64,000 nt of DNA from Alphaproteobacteria bacterium (GCA_965237415.1 CBDEFM010000002.1:544001-608000), one strand, 5' to 3'; positions 9,287-20,410 are shown, counted from the stretch's first letter. The notes: a model not told the origin generated them from the letters alone. Program-made: numbers and translations.

Positions 9287-10795
9287 ATGGCCTATCGATC
9301 GCTGCGCGACTTCATCGCCCGCCTGGAAAGCACGGGCCGCCTGAACCGGGTCTCGGCGCCGGTCTCGCCCTATCTGGAGATGACCGAGATCCAGACCCGC
9401 CTCATCGCCGAGCAGGGGCCGGCGGTGCTCTTCGAGAACGTCGTGGGCGACGAGGGCACGCGCTACGACATGCCGGTTCTGGTCAACCTCTTCGGCACCG
9501 TAGAGCGGGTTGCCTGGGGCATGAACCGGGAGCCCGGCCAGCTTCGCGAGGTCGGCGAGACGCTGGCCTTCCTGCGCCAGCCCGAGCCGCCGAGCGGCTG
9601 GCGCGAAGCGATCGAGATGCTGCCGCTTCTCAACACGGTTCGCGCGATGAAGCCCCGCACCATCGGCGCCGGGCCGGTGCAGGAGGTGGTGCTCATGGGC
9701 GATGACATCGATCTCGGCCGGCTCCCGATCCAGACCTGCTGGCCGGGCGAGCCGGCACCGCTCATCACCTGGCCTCTCGTCGTCACCAAGGGCCCGAGCC
9801 GCTCGCGCATCGACAACTACAACCTCGGCATCTACCGGATGCAGGTGGTGGGGCGGGACAAGACGCTGATGCGCTGGCTGGCGCATCGCGGCGGCGCCCA
9901 GCAGCATCGGCGCTGGGCGGAGGAAAAGCAGGAGCCCCTGCCGGCCGCGGCGGTGATTGGCGCCGATCCAGGCACTATACTTGCGGCGGTGACGCCGGTG
10001 CCGGATACGCTCTCGGAATACCAGTTCTCGGGCCTCCTGCGCGGCCAGAAGGTCGAGCTCGTGCGGGCCAAGACGGTGCCGCTCGAGGTTCCGGCCGAAG
10101 CCGAGATCGTCATCGAAGGCCACGTCAGCCTCGACGACTATCGGGACGAAGGCCCCTTCGGCGATCATACAGGCTACTACAACGCGGTCGAGCCGTTCCC
10201 CGTGTTCACGGTCTCCGCCATCACCATGCGGCGCGATCCGATCTATCTCTCGACCTATACCGGGCGCCCGCCCGACGAGCCGAGCATCCTCGGCGAGGCG
10301 CTCAATGAAGTCTTCATCCCGCTCCTCGTCCAGCAGTTCCCGGAGATCGTCGACTTCTGGCTGCCGCCGGAAGGCTGCAGCTACCGGATCGCGGTGGTCT
10401 CCATCAAGAAATCGTACGCGGGCCACGCCAAGCGCGTGATGATGGCCGTCTGGTCCTATCTGCGTCAGTTCATGTATACGAAATGGGTGATCGTGGTGGA
10501 CGACGACATCGACGCGCGCGACTGGAAGGACGTGATGTGGGCGGTCTCCACGCGCATGGACCCGGCGCGCGACATCACGATCGTCGAGAACACGCCGATC
10601 GACTATCTCGATTTCGCGAGCCCTGAGCCGGGGCTCGGCGCCAAGATCGGCCTCGATGCGACCACGAAGATCGGGCCCGAGACCAGCCGCAGTTGGGGGC
10701 GTCGCATCCGTATGGCGGACGACATCGTGGAGCGGGTGACGGGCAAGTGGGACTCCTACGGCCTGCCCGGCTCCGGCAAACCGATCTGGCGGTGA
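9287..10795 (+). CDS. ubiD: UbiD family prFMN-dependent decarboxylase
   Basis: [52 protein letters not shown]. Confidence 0.95.
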   Translation: MAYRSLRDFIARLESTGRLNRVSAPVSPYLEMTEIQTRLIAEQGPAVLFENVVGDEGTRYDMPVLVNLFGTVERVAWGMNREPGQLREVGETLAFLRQPEPPSGWREAIEMLPLLNTVRAMKPRTIGAGPVQEVVLMGDDIDLGRLPIQTCWPGEPAPLITWPLVVTKGPSRSRIDNYNLGIYRMQVVGRDKTLMRWLAHRGGAQQHRRWAEEKQEPLPAAAVIGADPGTILAAVTPVPDTLSEYQFSGLLRGQKVELVRAKTVPLEVPAEAEIVIEGHVSLDDYRDEGPFGDHTGYYNAVEPFPVFTVSAITMRRDPIYLSTYTGRPPDEPSILGEALNEVFIPLLVQQFPEIVDFWLPPEGCSYRIAVVSIKKSYAGHAKRVMMAVWSYLRQFMYTKWVIVVDDDIDARDWKDVMWAVSTRMDPARDITIVENTPIDYLDFASPEPGLGAKIGLDATTKIGPETSRSWGRRIRMADDIVERVTGKWDSYGLPGSGKPIWR

Positions 10796-10820
10796 GCCGC
10801 ACACACGCGAGGAATTCGAC

Positions 10821-11771
10821 ATGACAGGCAAGACTGCATTCGTCACCGGCGCATCGGGCTTCATCGGGGTCAATCTGGTGAAGCAGCTTGGCGAGGCCGG
10901 TTGGTCGGTGATCGCGATGCACCGCGAGACCTCGGACCTGACGTATCTGCGGCAGTTCCCGGCGACCCGGGTGGTGGGCGACATCGGGGATCGGGAGTTT
11001 CTTGAAGGCGCGATCCCGGAAGGCGTCGATGCCGTCTTCCACGTCGCCGGCAACGTGAGCTTCGATTCGGCCCGCGACGAAGCCCAGACCCACGCCAACG
11101 TGGCGGGCACCCGCGCCGTGGTCGAGGTGGCCAAGGCCAAGAACGTCGGGCGCTTCATCCACACCTCCACGGGCGCGGTGTTCGGCCTCCATGACGGTGT
11201 GCCGATCGACGAAACCGCGCCATCCAACGCCGACGAGATCGGGGTCAATTACTGCAGCACCAAGAAGGCGGCCGAGGACATCGTGCTGGAGGCAGCGGCT
11301 GGTGGCCTCGATGCGGTGTGCGTCAACCCCGGCAGCGTAGTCGGTCCCTACGACCGGGTGATCTGGGGCCCCTTCGTCCAGGCCATCGCGAGCGGCGCGA
11401 TGAGGACGGTCGGCACGGGCGGTGGCGCCTTCTGCCATATCGACGAGACCGCGAAGGCGCACATCAGCGCCTACGAGCGGGGCAGGCGAGGGGAGCGCTA
11501 CATTCTCGCCGGCGCCAACGAGAAATTCGCCACTGCCGCCCGCATCGTGGCCGAAATCGTCGGAGTCGAACCGCCGGAGCCGACGAGCGAACGCAACCCC
11601 GACGTGAGCGACGAGATTCACTTCGTCACCAACCGGACTCAGATCATGCTGTGCGACAAGGCAGTGCGAGAGCTCGGCTTCAAGCCGGTGCCGCTCCGCA
11701 CCATGTTGGAAGATTTGTGCGCCTGGATGCGGGCGGGGGGGCTGCTGCCCGCCTCCGCACCCGCCTCTTGA
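10821..11771 (+). CDS. NAD-dependent epimerase/dehydratase (extended SDR, DFR/HpnA-like)
   Basis: VTGASGFIG, HTST, YCSTK (YxxxK), VNPGSVVGP, GRRGERYIL. Confidence 0.85.
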   Translation: MTGKTAFVTGASGFIGVNLVKQLGEAGWSVIAMHRETSDLTYLRQFPATRVVGDIGDREFLEGAIPEGVDAVFHVAGNVSFDSARDEAQTHANVAGTRAVVEVAKAKNVGRFIHTSTGAVFGLHDGVPIDETAPSNADEIGVNYCSTKKAAEDIVLEAAAGGLDAVCVNPGSVVGPYDRVIWGPFVQAIASGAMRTVGTGGGAFCHIDETAKAHISAYERGRRGERYILAGANEKFATAARIVAEIVGVEPPEPTSERNPDVSDEIHFVTNRTQIMLCDKAVRELGFKPVPLRTMLEDLCAWMRAGGLLPASAPAS

Positions 11772-11777
11772 ATCGTT

Positions 11778-11909
11778 CTACGGAACGATTCCGCCTGCCG
11801 AGAGGCCGGCGAGGACGCCGATAATGAGGACGACGAGGCCGAGCCCCGCCACATAAGGGATTCGTGCCCGTGTCAGCTCCTCGAGCGAGGGGCCGTGTTC
11901 GTCGCTCAT
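11778..11909 (-). CDS. 43-aa single-pass membrane microprotein (absent from the ORF track)
   Basis: AAGGAG RBS, then ATG encoding MSDEHGPSLEELTRARIPYVAGLGLVVLIIGVLAGLSAGGIVP*, with one hydrophobic helix. Confidence 0.65.
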   Translation of the reverse strand: MSDEHGPSLEELTRARIPYVAGLGLVVLIIGVLAGLSAGGIVP

Positions 11910-11998
11910 CGACGTCTCCTTCTCTTCTCAGACTCGGCGCGGCGCCGTTCGCGGGCGGAACATGCCTCAACCGGCGCCGCGATGCCAGCCCTACTGAG

Positions 11999-12796
11999 CT
12001 ACTCGGCGGCTTGGTGCCGTATCGTCGGCGCGGGCTCCAGCGGCTGCAGCGCATAGCCGCGCTCGGTGAGCGTCGCGCCGATGGTCGTGGCGAGATCGAC
12101 CGCGTTCGGCCCGTCCCCATGGAGGCAGATGCTGCGGGCCGAGATCGGCACACGCGCGCCGTTGATGCTGAGGGTGTTGCCAGTATCCAGGAAGAGGCCG
12201 AGTTTGTGCCGGGTCTCGTCGAGGTCCGCACCCTCGTTGGAGCGCTTCAACGCGAGGGTTCCATCATCCTCGTAGGGAAGATCGAAATAGAGCTCGGGCA
12301 CCACATCGATGCCCATCTCCGCCGCGATCTTCGTCACTGCGTGACGCTCGACCGGTGCCGGGTAATAAATCATCGGCGCCGGACAGAGATCGATCACCGC
12401 GCGGGCGAAGGCCTCCCCCAGCGCTTCGTCGTCGTTCAGCATGCGATAGAGGGCGCCGTGCGGCTTGACGTGATGGAGTGCCATGCCGTTGGCCTCTAGC
12501 GCCGCCCTGAGCGCGCCGGTCTGGTAGACCACATAGGCGTAGAGCTCGTCCGGCGTGATCGCCATGACCCGGCGCCCGAAACCCATGAGGTCCGGCAGAC
12601 CCGGATGGGAGCCCACGGCGACGCCGTTCTCCTTGGCGAGCGCGATGGTCTTCATCATGGTCATGGGGTCGCCGGCATGGAAGCCGCAGGCGACGTTCGC
12701 CGTGGTGACGTGGGGCATGAGCGCCTCGTCCGCCCCCATGACCCAGTTGCCGAAGCTCTCGCCGCAATCGATGTTGATGTCGAAGGTTCCGGCCAT
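11999..12796 (-). CDS. pxpA: LamB/YcsF family, 5-oxoprolinase subunit A
   Basis: DINIDCGESFG, ANVACGFHAGDP, HPGLPDLMGFGRR, HVKPHGALY, SICLHGD. Confidence 0.88.
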   Translation of the reverse strand: MAGTFDINIDCGESFGNWVMGADEALMPHVTTANVACGFHAGDPMTMMKTIALAKENGVAVGSHPGLPDLMGFGRRVMAITPDELYAYVVYQTGALRAALEANGMALHHVKPHGALYRMLNDDEALGEAFARAVIDLCPAPMIYYPAPVERHAVTKIAAEMGIDVVPELYFDLPYEDDGTLALKRSNEGADLDETRHKLGLFLDTGNTLSINGARVPISARSICLHGDGPNAVDLATTIGATLTERGYALQPLEPAPTIRHQAAE

Positions 12797-13020
12797 GCCG
12801 CGATCTCCTCGTCTGCACAATCCCACACCATCATGCCCCGGTATGCCGGCCGCGGGAAGCCCGAAGCGGCGAACCCCGGCCGTCACGATAGCGACCACGA
12901 TAGTGATCGGTCACGCGTCCGACGGTGGTGTGCGAACGGCGCCCTATGGCGTTGCCAGGGGTACGCGACAGTTAGCAGGACAACGGTTAAGGGAGGACGT
13001 GAAATTGTGGGTCGCGGCTG

Positions 13021-13079
13021 TTATTTGATATCATTTCTTATATAAACCGTACAACACATTGATATAAAGAAATTTTTAC
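13021..13079. promoter_or_regulatory. AT-rich upstream/operator region between the NHL gene and pxpA
   Basis: Strongly AT-rich stretch in a GC-rich genome, with TTGATATCAT (palindromic TGATATCA) and TTGATATAAA copies. Confidence 0.4.
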
Positions 13080-13960
13080 TCCCCCCTAAGGCTGTACAGC
13101 ACGATCCGGTTGTTGCTGGTATCCGAGACCCAAAGCCGCTGCCCTTGGATTTCCGCCCCCTCCGGGTGATCGAGCGCGCCGGACCCGCCCTCGGCCCGCC
13201 TCCCTCCCAAGACACCCCGGATGCGGTAATCCCGGTCGAGAATGACGACACGGTCGTTGTATTCGTCGGCGAGATAGATCCACCCCCGTGTGTCGATCGT
13301 GAAGTATTTCGGCTCATTGAACCCGTAAGCGGGGCCGCCGACGGTGCGAACGAAGCCGAGGTCGGCATCGAGGATCTGCAGCCGGTCGTTGCCGGGGTCG
13401 GCGACCACGACGCGGCCGTCGGGCGCCGCCTCGACATCGTGGGGCCGGGAATACCGATTGTCGTCGCTGCCGCCCCCGCCGACTTCGCCGACGACCGCGC
13501 CGTCGCGGATTGTCGTCACGGTGTGACGCGAGGCGCTGGTGACGTAGATCGTGCCGTCGGCGGCGACATCGACGCCCTCCGGTTTGCGCAAGGGATCGCC
13601 AATTGCGCCGACGAACACGCCCGAGGCGCCGTCCACCTCGTAAATTGCGATGCGATGGTTATGGGTGTCGGCGACCAGCAGGCGCCCCTGCCGGTCGAAG
13701 GCCACGTCGTGCGGGCCCGACAGCTGGCCCGCGGCGAATGTGCCGAGGGTGGCCAGTGTGGTTGGATCGAGCACTTTGATACGGTCGTTGCCGACATCGG
13801 CGACATAGAGGAAGGCGCCGTCGGCCGACAGCACTAGATCGTGCGGCTGCGAGAAGTCCCGATCGGATTCCGCGACGATGGTGCCGCTGACCTCTGCCGC
13901 CGCTGCGCTGGCGAGCAGGCAGATCGCGCCCGCCAGCACTCCTCCCAGAAGTGACCTCAT
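13076..13960 (-). CDS. Secreted NHL-repeat beta-propeller protein
   Basis: Signal peptide and about six repeats of the PHDV…DG…VAD..NDR type. Confidence 0.85.
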   Translation of the reverse strand: MRSLLGGVLAGAICLLASAAAAEVSGTIVAESDRDFSQPHDLVLSADGAFLYVADVGNDRIKVLDPTTLATLGTFAAGQLSGPHDVAFDRQGRLLVADTHNHRIAIYEVDGASGVFVGAIGDPLRKPEGVDVAADGTIYVTSASRHTVTTIRDGAVVGEVGGGGSDDNRYSRPHDVEAAPDGRVVVADPGNDRLQILDADLGFVRTVGGPAYGFNEPKYFTIDTRGWIYLADEYNDRVVILDRDYRIRGVLGGRRAEGGSGALDHPEGAEIQGQRLWVSDTSNNRIVLYSLRGE

Positions 13961-14136
13961 GCCTGCTCCCCCACACATTCACCGGTGACCCAGAATAGCC
14001 GATTGCGCGATCAGCGCGGACTCGCCTCCACGTATTGTGACCGATTCCCATCGGACCGTCCGCATGATCGAGGCTGGCAGCCAAACGCGGTTCTTGCTAC
14101 AAGGGCGCCGCTCCCCCCCGGATATCGGTTTGCGGC

Positions 14137-14754
14137 ATGAGCGAGCCCACGCGCACGGCCCGCGTCGAGCGGGTTACCAAAGAGACGAATATTTCCGTTT
14201 CCGTCGATCTCGACGGCCGCGGTTGCTCGCAGATTGCGACTGGAATCGGCTTTCTCGATCACATGCTGGAGCAGCTCTCGCGGCACAGCCTGATCGATAT
14301 CGACTGCACGGCCGAGGGCGACATCGACGTGACGCTGCATCACACGGTCGAAGACACCGGCATTACAATCGGCGAGGCCGTGAGTCAGGCCCTCGGCGAG
14401 CGGCGCGGCATCCGCCGCTATGGCAGCGCCGTGATTCCCATGGACGAGGCGTGCGCGCGCGTCTCCCTCGACGCGAGCAACCGGCCCTATCTGATCTGGC
14501 GGGTCCAGTTCGAGAAACCGCGCCTCGACGGTATGGACACCGAGCACTTCAAGGAGTGGTTCCAGGCGTTCGCGCAGGCGGCGGGGCTCACGCTCCATGT
14601 CGAGGTCATGTACGGCGAGAACAGCCATCACATGATCGAGGCCTGCTACAAGGGCCTCGCGCGGGCGTTGCGCCAGGCGATCGAGCCCGATCCACGCATG
14701 GCCGGCGAGGTTCCCTCCACCAAGGGCGTGCTCGGCGGCAGCCTGGAGGCCTGA
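14137..14754 (+). CDS. hisB: Imidazoleglycerol-phosphate dehydratase
   Basis: [42 protein letters not shown]. Confidence 0.96.
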   Translation: MSEPTRTARVERVTKETNISVSVDLDGRGCSQIATGIGFLDHMLEQLSRHSLIDIDCTAEGDIDVTLHHTVEDTGITIGEAVSQALGERRGIRRYGSAVIPMDEACARVSLDASNRPYLIWRVQFEKPRLDGMDTEHFKEWFQAFAQAAGLTLHVEVMYGENSHHMIEACYKGLARALRQAIEPDPRMAGEVPSTKGVLGGSLEA

Positions 14755-14758
14755 CCCG

Positions 14759-15229
14759 GTGCGCTTCTACACGGTACACCTCCCGGGCAGCGATGTAGGC
14801 GCGGAGGACGGCACACTGGGTCGCGCCATCCTCGTGCGCGAGGGGTTCAATTGGCTCGCGTTCTTCTTTGCGCCGTTCTGGGCGCTGGCGGAAGGACTGT
14901 GGCTTGCGGCTGTGCCGCTGATCGCCGCGCTGGCGGCGATCGTCGCCGTGCCCCAGGTGTTGGAGCTCGGGCCGCTCCTGCCGGTGGTACTCGGCCTCGG
15001 CTACGGCGTGCTCGCCGGCATGTCGGCGAACGACTTGCGCCGGGCCGGCCTCGCCGCCCGCGGCTATCGCCTGGTGGAGGTGGTCGCGGCGCCAAGCCGC
15101 GCGCAGGCCCTCATCCGCTACGCCGAAGCCATGACACCGGCATCGAGGCCGCAGCCAGCGCCGTCGACCGCCACGGCTCGGGCACCCGGCACACTCGGTC
15201 TGGACCCCAGTCCCGGCTTCTGGAGCTGA
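14759..15229 (+). CDS. DUF2628-like membrane protein
   Basis: MRFYTVH…VREGFNWLAFFFAPFW, in its usual position between hisB and hisH. Confidence 0.75.
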   Translation: MRFYTVHLPGSDVGAEDGTLGRAILVREGFNWLAFFFAPFWALAEGLWLAAVPLIAALAAIVAVPQVLELGPLLPVVLGLGYGVLAGMSANDLRRAGLAARGYRLVEVVAAPSRAQALIRYAEAMTPASRPQPAPSTATARAPGTLGLDPSPGFWS

Positions 15230-15235
15230 CGCGCC

Positions 15236-15880
15236 GTGACCACCGCGATAATCGATTATGGCTCGGGCAATCTGCGCTCTGCCGCCAAGGCCTTCGAGCG
15301 CGCCGCGGCCGACACCTCGCCGGCGACGCCGGTGCTGGTGACCGACGATCCCGACCGGGTGCGGGACGCGGAGCGAATCGTGCTGCCCGGCGTCGGCGCG
15401 TTCGCCGACTGCAAGGCCGGCCTGGCTGCCCGAGACGGCATGATCGAGGCGCTGGAGGATGCTGTGCTGCGCCGGGGTGTGCCCTTCCTCGGGATCTGCG
15501 TCGGCATGCAGCTCATGGCGCGTGTGGGGCACGAGCATGGCGAGCACGAGGGGCTCGGCTGGATCGACGGCGAGGTCGCGCCGCTCGAGCCCGGTGACGA
15601 GACGCTCAAGGTTCCCCACATGGGGTGGAACGACCTCGCCCTCGCGGGCGAGCCGCATCCGATCCTGAAGGGTCTGCCCGGCGACGCCCATGCCTATTTC
15701 GTCCACAGCTACGGGCTCACGTGCCGCCGGGACGACGAGGTCTTCGCGACCGTCGATTACGGCGGCACCGTCACCGCTGTTGCAGGCCGAGACAACATGG
15801 TCGGCACGCAGTTTCACCCAGAGAAGAGCCAGGAGGTCGGCTTGACCGTGATCGGTAATTTCCTTCGGTGGCAGCCATGA
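15236..15880 (+). CDS. hisH: Imidazole glycerol phosphate synthase, glutaminase subunit
   Basis: [38 protein letters not shown]. Confidence 0.96.
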   Translation: MTTAIIDYGSGNLRSAAKAFERAAADTSPATPVLVTDDPDRVRDAERIVLPGVGAFADCKAGLAARDGMIEALEDAVLRRGVPFLGICVGMQLMARVGHEHGEHEGLGWIDGEVAPLEPGDETLKVPHMGWNDLALAGEPHPILKGLPGDAHAYFVHSYGLTCRRDDEVFATVDYGGTVTAVAGRDNMVGTQFHPEKSQEVGLTVIGNFLRWQP

Positions 15881-16440
15881 GTCAGCTCGCAACCATAGGC
15901 CCCCGGATCGAGGTCGGTGTCGTCGAGCGGCTGCGGAAGCGCGAGCTTGCCGAGCTTTGCGATGCCGCCGCCGCTGCGATCAACGACGGTGCCGGATTCG
16001 GCTGGGTGCGTCCGCCTGAGCCTGCCGCCTTCGAGCGCTACTGGCGGGGCGTGACCGTGGTGCCCGAGCGGCTGCTCTTCGTCGGCCGCATGGATGGAGT
16101 GGTGGCGGGATCGGTCCAGCTCGTGTCGGCGCCGCCGCAGAAGGAGGCGTGGCGCCTCTCCTGCCTCATCGACACGCACTTTGTGGCGCCGTGGGCGCGC
16201 GGGCACGGCCTCGCCCGGAGACTGCTGGAGGCGGCCGAGGCGGAAGCGCTGGCGCGCGGCTTCAAGGTGATGAATCTGAGCGTGCGCGAGACCCAGGACG
16301 CCGCCATCGCGCTTTACGAGTCTCTCGGATTCGAGCACTGGGGCACGCATCCCAAGTACGCGTTCGTGGACGGCCAGTCGATCGCCGGCCACTATTACTG
16401 CAAGGACCTGACGGACCGGCCGCCGGACGCGGCGCCGTGA
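15877..16440 (+). CDS. GNAT family N-acetyltransferase
   Basis: [16 protein letters not shown] acetyl-CoA motif and [10 protein letters not shown]. Confidence 0.88.
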   Translation: MSQLATIGPRIEVGVVERLRKRELAELCDAAAAAINDGAGFGWVRPPEPAAFERYWRGVTVVPERLLFVGRMDGVVAGSVQLVSAPPQKEAWRLSCLIDTHFVAPWARGHGLARRLLEAAEAEALARGFKVMNLSVRETQDAAIALYESLGFEHWGTHPKYAFVDGQSIAGHYYCKDLTDRPPDAAP

Positions 16441-17162
16441 TCCTCTTTCCCGCGATCGATCTCAAGGACGGCGCCTGTGTGCGCCTCGTGCAAGGAGACA
16501 TGGCGCGGGCGACGGTCTTCTCCGACGACCCTCCGGCGCAGGCACGGGCATTCGCGGCGTCGGGCTTCGCCTGGCTCCACATTGTCGATCTCGACGGCGC
16601 CTTTGCCGGCAAGCCGGTCAACGCCGACGCGGTGGGCGCAATTCTCGACGCGGTCGATCTCCCGGTTCAGCTCGGTGGGGGCATTCGGGACATGGCCACG
16701 ATCGAGGCCTGGCTCGGGCGGGGCGTGCACCGGGTAATCCTCGGCACGGTGGCGGTTCGCAATCCCGATCTCGTGCGTACCGCGTGCCGCGTCTTCCCCG
16801 GCCGGATCGCCGTCGGCATCGACGCGCGCGACGGGCGGGTCGCGGTGGAAGGCTGGGCCGAGACGGTCGACATCGACGCGTTGGATCTGGCGCGTCGATT
16901 CGAGGATGCAGGCGCCGCGGCAATAATCCACACCGACATTGCCCGTGACGGTGCGCTGGAGGGCGTCGCCGCCGCCGCGACAGGCGCGCTCGCGCGGGCG
17001 CTCGCCACGCCGGTCATCGCGTCGGGCGGCGTCGCCTCCCACGACGATCTCGAAGCGCTCAAGGCGTATGAGGCGGACGGCGTCTGCGGCGTGATCTGCG
17101 GCCGCGCCCTCTACGACGGCCGCATCGACCCGGCGCAGGCGCTGGCGCTGCTCGCCGCCTGA
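16437..17162 (+). CDS. hisA: ProFAR isomerase
   Basis: [44 protein letters not shown]. Confidence 0.96.
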   Translation: MILFPAIDLKDGACVRLVQGDMARATVFSDDPPAQARAFAASGFAWLHIVDLDGAFAGKPVNADAVGAILDAVDLPVQLGGGIRDMATIEAWLGRGVHRVILGTVAVRNPDLVRTACRVFPGRIAVGIDARDGRVAVEGWAETVDIDALDLARRFEDAGAAAIIHTDIARDGALEGVAAAATGALARALATPVIASGGVASHDDLEALKAYEADGVCGVICGRALYDGRIDPAQALALLAA

Positions 17163-17180
17163 ACGCGCAGGACCCGCGTC

Positions 17181-17939
17181 GTGCTGAAGATGCGCGTCAT
17201 CCCGTGCCTCGACGTCCACGCCGGGCGGGTGGTCAAGGGCGTGAACTTCGTCGACCTGGTGGACGCGGGCGACCCGGTGGAGCAGGCCCGGGTCTACGAC
17301 GAGCAAGGGGCGGACGAGCTCTGCTTCCTCGACATCACCGCCTCCCACGAGCAGCGCGACACCATCTACGACGTCGTCGCCGGCACCGCCGAAGTCTGTT
17401 TCATGCCGCTTACCGTGGGTGGCGGGGTGCGAACCATTGAGGATGTCCGCGCGCTCCTGCTGGCTGGTGCCGACAAGGTCTCGATCAACACCGCAGCCGT
17501 GGCAAACCCCGCGTTCGTCGCCGAGGCGGCGGAAAAATTCGGGACCCAGTGCATCGTCGTCGCCATCGATGCCAAGCGGGTTGCGGCCGGCGGCTTCGAG
17601 ATATTCACCCACGGCGGGCGCACGCCCACCGGGATCGATGCCATCGCATGGGCCCGGCGCATGGCAGACGCAGGCGCCGGCGAGATTCTCCTGACCTCGA
17701 TGGATCGGGACGGAACCCGCGTCGGATTCGACCTGGAGCTGACGCGCGCCGCCGCGGACGCGGTCACGATCCCGGTTGTCGCCTCCGGCGGAGTCGGCAC
17801 GCTGGATCACCTGGTCGAGGGCATCCGCGATGGCCACGCTACGGCGGTGCTGGCGGCCTCGATCTTCCATTTCGGCACGCATTCCATCTGCGAGGCGAAG
17901 GCGCATATGCGCGCCGCCGGCATCCCAGTGCGGCCATGA
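17181..17939 (+). CDS. hisF: Imidazole glycerol phosphate synthase, cyclase subunit
   Basis: [43 protein letters not shown]. Confidence 0.96.
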   Translation: MLKMRVIPCLDVHAGRVVKGVNFVDLVDAGDPVEQARVYDEQGADELCFLDITASHEQRDTIYDVVAGTAEVCFMPLTVGGGVRTIEDVRALLLAGADKVSINTAAVANPAFVAEAAEKFGTQCIVVAIDAKRVAAGGFEIFTHGGRTPTGIDAIAWARRMADAGAGEILLTSMDRDGTRVGFDLELTRAAADAVTIPVVASGGVGTLDHLVEGIRDGHATAVLAASIFHFGTHSICEAKAHMRAAGIPVRP

Positions 17940-17991
17940 CGGCGCGTGTAAATTTTGGTACCCAAGCTCACTGAGGGGAGCGGGCGGCAAT

Positions 17992-18339
17992 ATGAAGCGC
18001 GACCAGGCCGGCAACATCATCGACGAGCTGTTCGGCGTCATCGAGAAACGCAAGGGCGGCGACCCGGAGACCTCCTACGTCGCACGCACCTTTTCGCGCG
18101 GCCGCGAGCATGTCGCGAAGAAGGTGGGCGAGGAGGGCGTCGAGGTGGCACTCGCGGGAGCCCTCGGCGACAAGAAGGCGGTCGTCTCCGAGAGCGCCGA
18201 CCTGCTGTTTCACCTTCTGATTTTGTGGTCGGACACGGGCGTTGCACCGGCGGAGGTACTCGACGAACTCTCGAAAAGGCGCGGCGTCTCCGGACTCGCG
18301 CGTGAAGCCCGCAAGCGCAAGGCCGGGGACAAGCGATGA
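17992..18339 (+). CDS. hisE: Phosphoribosyl-ATP diphosphatase
   Basis: DPETSYVA, AKKVGEEGVEV, ESADLLFHL. Confidence 0.93.
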   Translation: MKRDQAGNIIDELFGVIEKRKGGDPETSYVARTFSRGREHVAKKVGEEGVEVALAGALGDKKAVVSESADLLFHLLILWSDTGVAPAEVLDELSKRRGVSGLAREARKRKAGDKR

Positions 18340-18698
18340 GCTACGACGATAGCAATATCTTCGCCAAGATCCTGCGTGGCGAGATTCCAAACGACACCGT
18401 CTACGAGGACGACGCGGTGCTCGCTTTTCGCGACATCGCGCCACAGGCTCCGGTGCATGTGCTGGTGATTCCGAAAAGCCCCTATGTCTCGCTCGACGAC
18501 TTCGCCCGCAATGCTTCGGCGGAGGAGATCGGGCGCTTCTTCAAGACGGTGGGGGAGATCGCCCGCTCGCTCGAGCTCGATCAGGAGGGCTTCCGCACAA
18601 TCGCCAACACCGGCGTCAACGGCGGCCAGGAAGTGCCTCACTTCCACGTCCACCTCTGCGGCGGACGCCGCCTGGGGCGCATGATCCCGCAGGCTTGA
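18336..18698 (+). CDS. hinT: Histidine triad (HIT) nucleotide-binding protein
   Basis: NIFAKILRGEIP, DIAPQAPVHVLVIPK, GQEVPHFHVH. Confidence 0.92.
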   Translation: MSYDDSNIFAKILRGEIPNDTVYEDDAVLAFRDIAPQAPVHVLVIPKSPYVSLDDFARNASAEEIGRFFKTVGEIARSLELDQEGFRTIANTGVNGGQEVPHFHVHLCGGRRLGRMIPQA

Positions 18699-18733
18699 CC
18701 ACCCCCGAGGGCTGCCACACCCGCGGCAGTCAG

Positions 18734-20254
18734 CTATCCGTAAGGCCCGATACGGCGGTAGGAGAGCGCCTCCGCGATATGCCGTCGCGCGACGCTCTCC
18801 GCCCCGGCCAGGTCGGCGATGGTGCGCGCGACCTTGAGCACGCGGTGATGGCCGCGCGCAGACAGCCTCAGCCGGTCGGTCGCTTCGGCGAGCAGCGCCT
18901 GTCCGCCCTCATCCGGCGTCGCGATTCGGGTCAACGTCTCGCCATCGGCCTCGGCATTGGTGCGCACGTCGGGCGCCGCACCCATCGCCTTGAAGCGCGC
19001 CCGCTGGAGCGCGCGGGCGGCCGCCACCCGTGCCGCGACCTCGGCCGAGCCCTCCGCAGGCGGCGGCAACGTCAGATCGGCGGCGGAAAGCTCCGGCACA
19101 TCCACGTGCAGGTCGATCCTGTCGTAGAGCGGGCCGGAGATGCGTACCTGGTAGTCCCGCGCGCAGTGGGGCGCGCGTGAGCAGGCCCGCGCAGGGTCCG
19201 ACAGGTAGCCGCAGCGGCACGGGTTCATCGCCGCGATAAGCTGAAAGCGCGCGGGATAGCGCACGTGGGCGTTGGCGCGGGCGACTGCCACGGCGCCGCT
19301 CTCAATGGGCTGACGGAGCGCGTCGAGCACGGGGCGGGGAAACTCGGGCAGCTCGTCCAGGAACAGAACCCCGAGATGAGCGAGTGAGACCTCGCCCGGG
19401 CGGGCGCGGACACCGCCACCGACCATCGCCGCCATCGAGGCCGAATGGTGTGGGTCGCGGAACGGCCGGTCGCGGGTCAGCCCGTTGTGCCCGAGGTGGC
19501 CCGCGACCGAAGCAATCATGCTGACGCTCAGCGCCTCCTCAGGAGCCAGCGGCGGCAGGATGCCGGGCAGGCGCGACGCCAGCATCGACTTGCCCGTGCC
19601 CGGCGGGCCGATCATCAGCAAGTTGTGGCTGCCTGCAGCAGCGAGTTCGAGGGCGCGCTTGGCCGACTCCTGCCCCTTGATGTCGCGGAGGTCGGGATAG
19701 TGCGGGGGTGCTGCAAGCGTTGCCGCCACTGGCGGCGCCTGAAGCTGCGTACCCTTGAAATGATTGATGAGCGCAAGCAGGTCGGTGGGTGCCACGACCT
19801 CGCCGCCGCCGGCCCAGGCGGCCTCTGAACCGTTGGCCGCCGGGCAGATCAGGCCACGCTCCCGCGCGTTGGCACCGATGGCGGCCGGTAGTACGCCCCT
19901 CACCGGTATCAGCGCGCCGTCGAGGCCAAGCTCGCCGAGCGCGACATAGGTCGCGAGATCGTCCGTCGCCAGCACGTCCATCGCCACCAGGAGTCCGAGC
20001 GCGATGGGGAGGTCGAAGTGGCTACCCTCCTTCTGCATGTCGGCGGGCGCCAAATTCACGATGATTCGTTTCGCGGGCAGGGCCAGTCCAAGACCGGCGA
20101 GTGCACCGCGCACCCGCTCGCGGCTCTCGGCCACCGCCTTGTCGGGAAGGCCTACGACCAAGAACGCCGGCAGGCCCGCGCCGATGTGCACCTGCACATC
20201 GACCGGAAACGCCTCGATACCCTGGAAGGCGACGGTCTCGATATGGGCAACCAT
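18734..20254 (-). CDS. comM: YifB/ComM family Mg-chelatase-like AAA+ ATPase
   Basis: VGLPDKAVAESRERV, NLAPAD, GPPGTGKS, LFLDELPEF, AAMNPCRCG. Confidence 0.92.
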   Translation of the reverse strand: MVAHIETVAFQGIEAFPVDVQVHIGAGLPAFLVVGLPDKAVAESRERVRGALAGLGLALPAKRIIVNLAPADMQKEGSHFDLPIALGLLVAMDVLATDDLATYVALGELGLDGALIPVRGVLPAAIGANARERGLICPAANGSEAAWAGGGEVVAPTDLLALINHFKGTQLQAPPVAATLAAPPHYPDLRDIKGQESAKRALELAAAGSHNLLMIGPPGTGKSMLASRLPGILPPLAPEEALSVSMIASVAGHLGHNGLTRDRPFRDPHHSASMAAMVGGGVRARPGEVSLAHLGVLFLDELPEFPRPVLDALRQPIESGAVAVARANAHVRYPARFQLIAAMNPCRCGYLSDPARACSRAPHCARDYQVRISGPLYDRIDLHVDVPELSAADLTLPPPAEGSAEVAARVAAARALQRARFKAMGAAPDVRTNAEADGETLTRIATPDEGGQALLAEATDRLRLSARGHHRVLKVARTIADLAGAESVARRHIAEALSYRRIGPYG

Positions 20255-20410
20255 GCGGCGACTCCGGCCGGTCCGACGGGCGCCCACCATCGACCGGGCG
20301 CATGCATTCACGTCGTGTCATATCGTATTCGGTATGATTGCGCAGCCCGTCAGAGTGGCGACTGCGGGTCGAGGCTGGCCCACAGGTGGGGTGAGCGCTA
20401 TTCTCGCGCC

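Noticed and set aside
9173-11248. Long antisense ORFs (691 aa here; also 2845-4698, 16395-18053, 35124-37241, 57412-59322)
   Set aside because: They are shadows of well-supported genes on the opposite strand. High GC depletes stop codons, and they carry no recognisable motifs.
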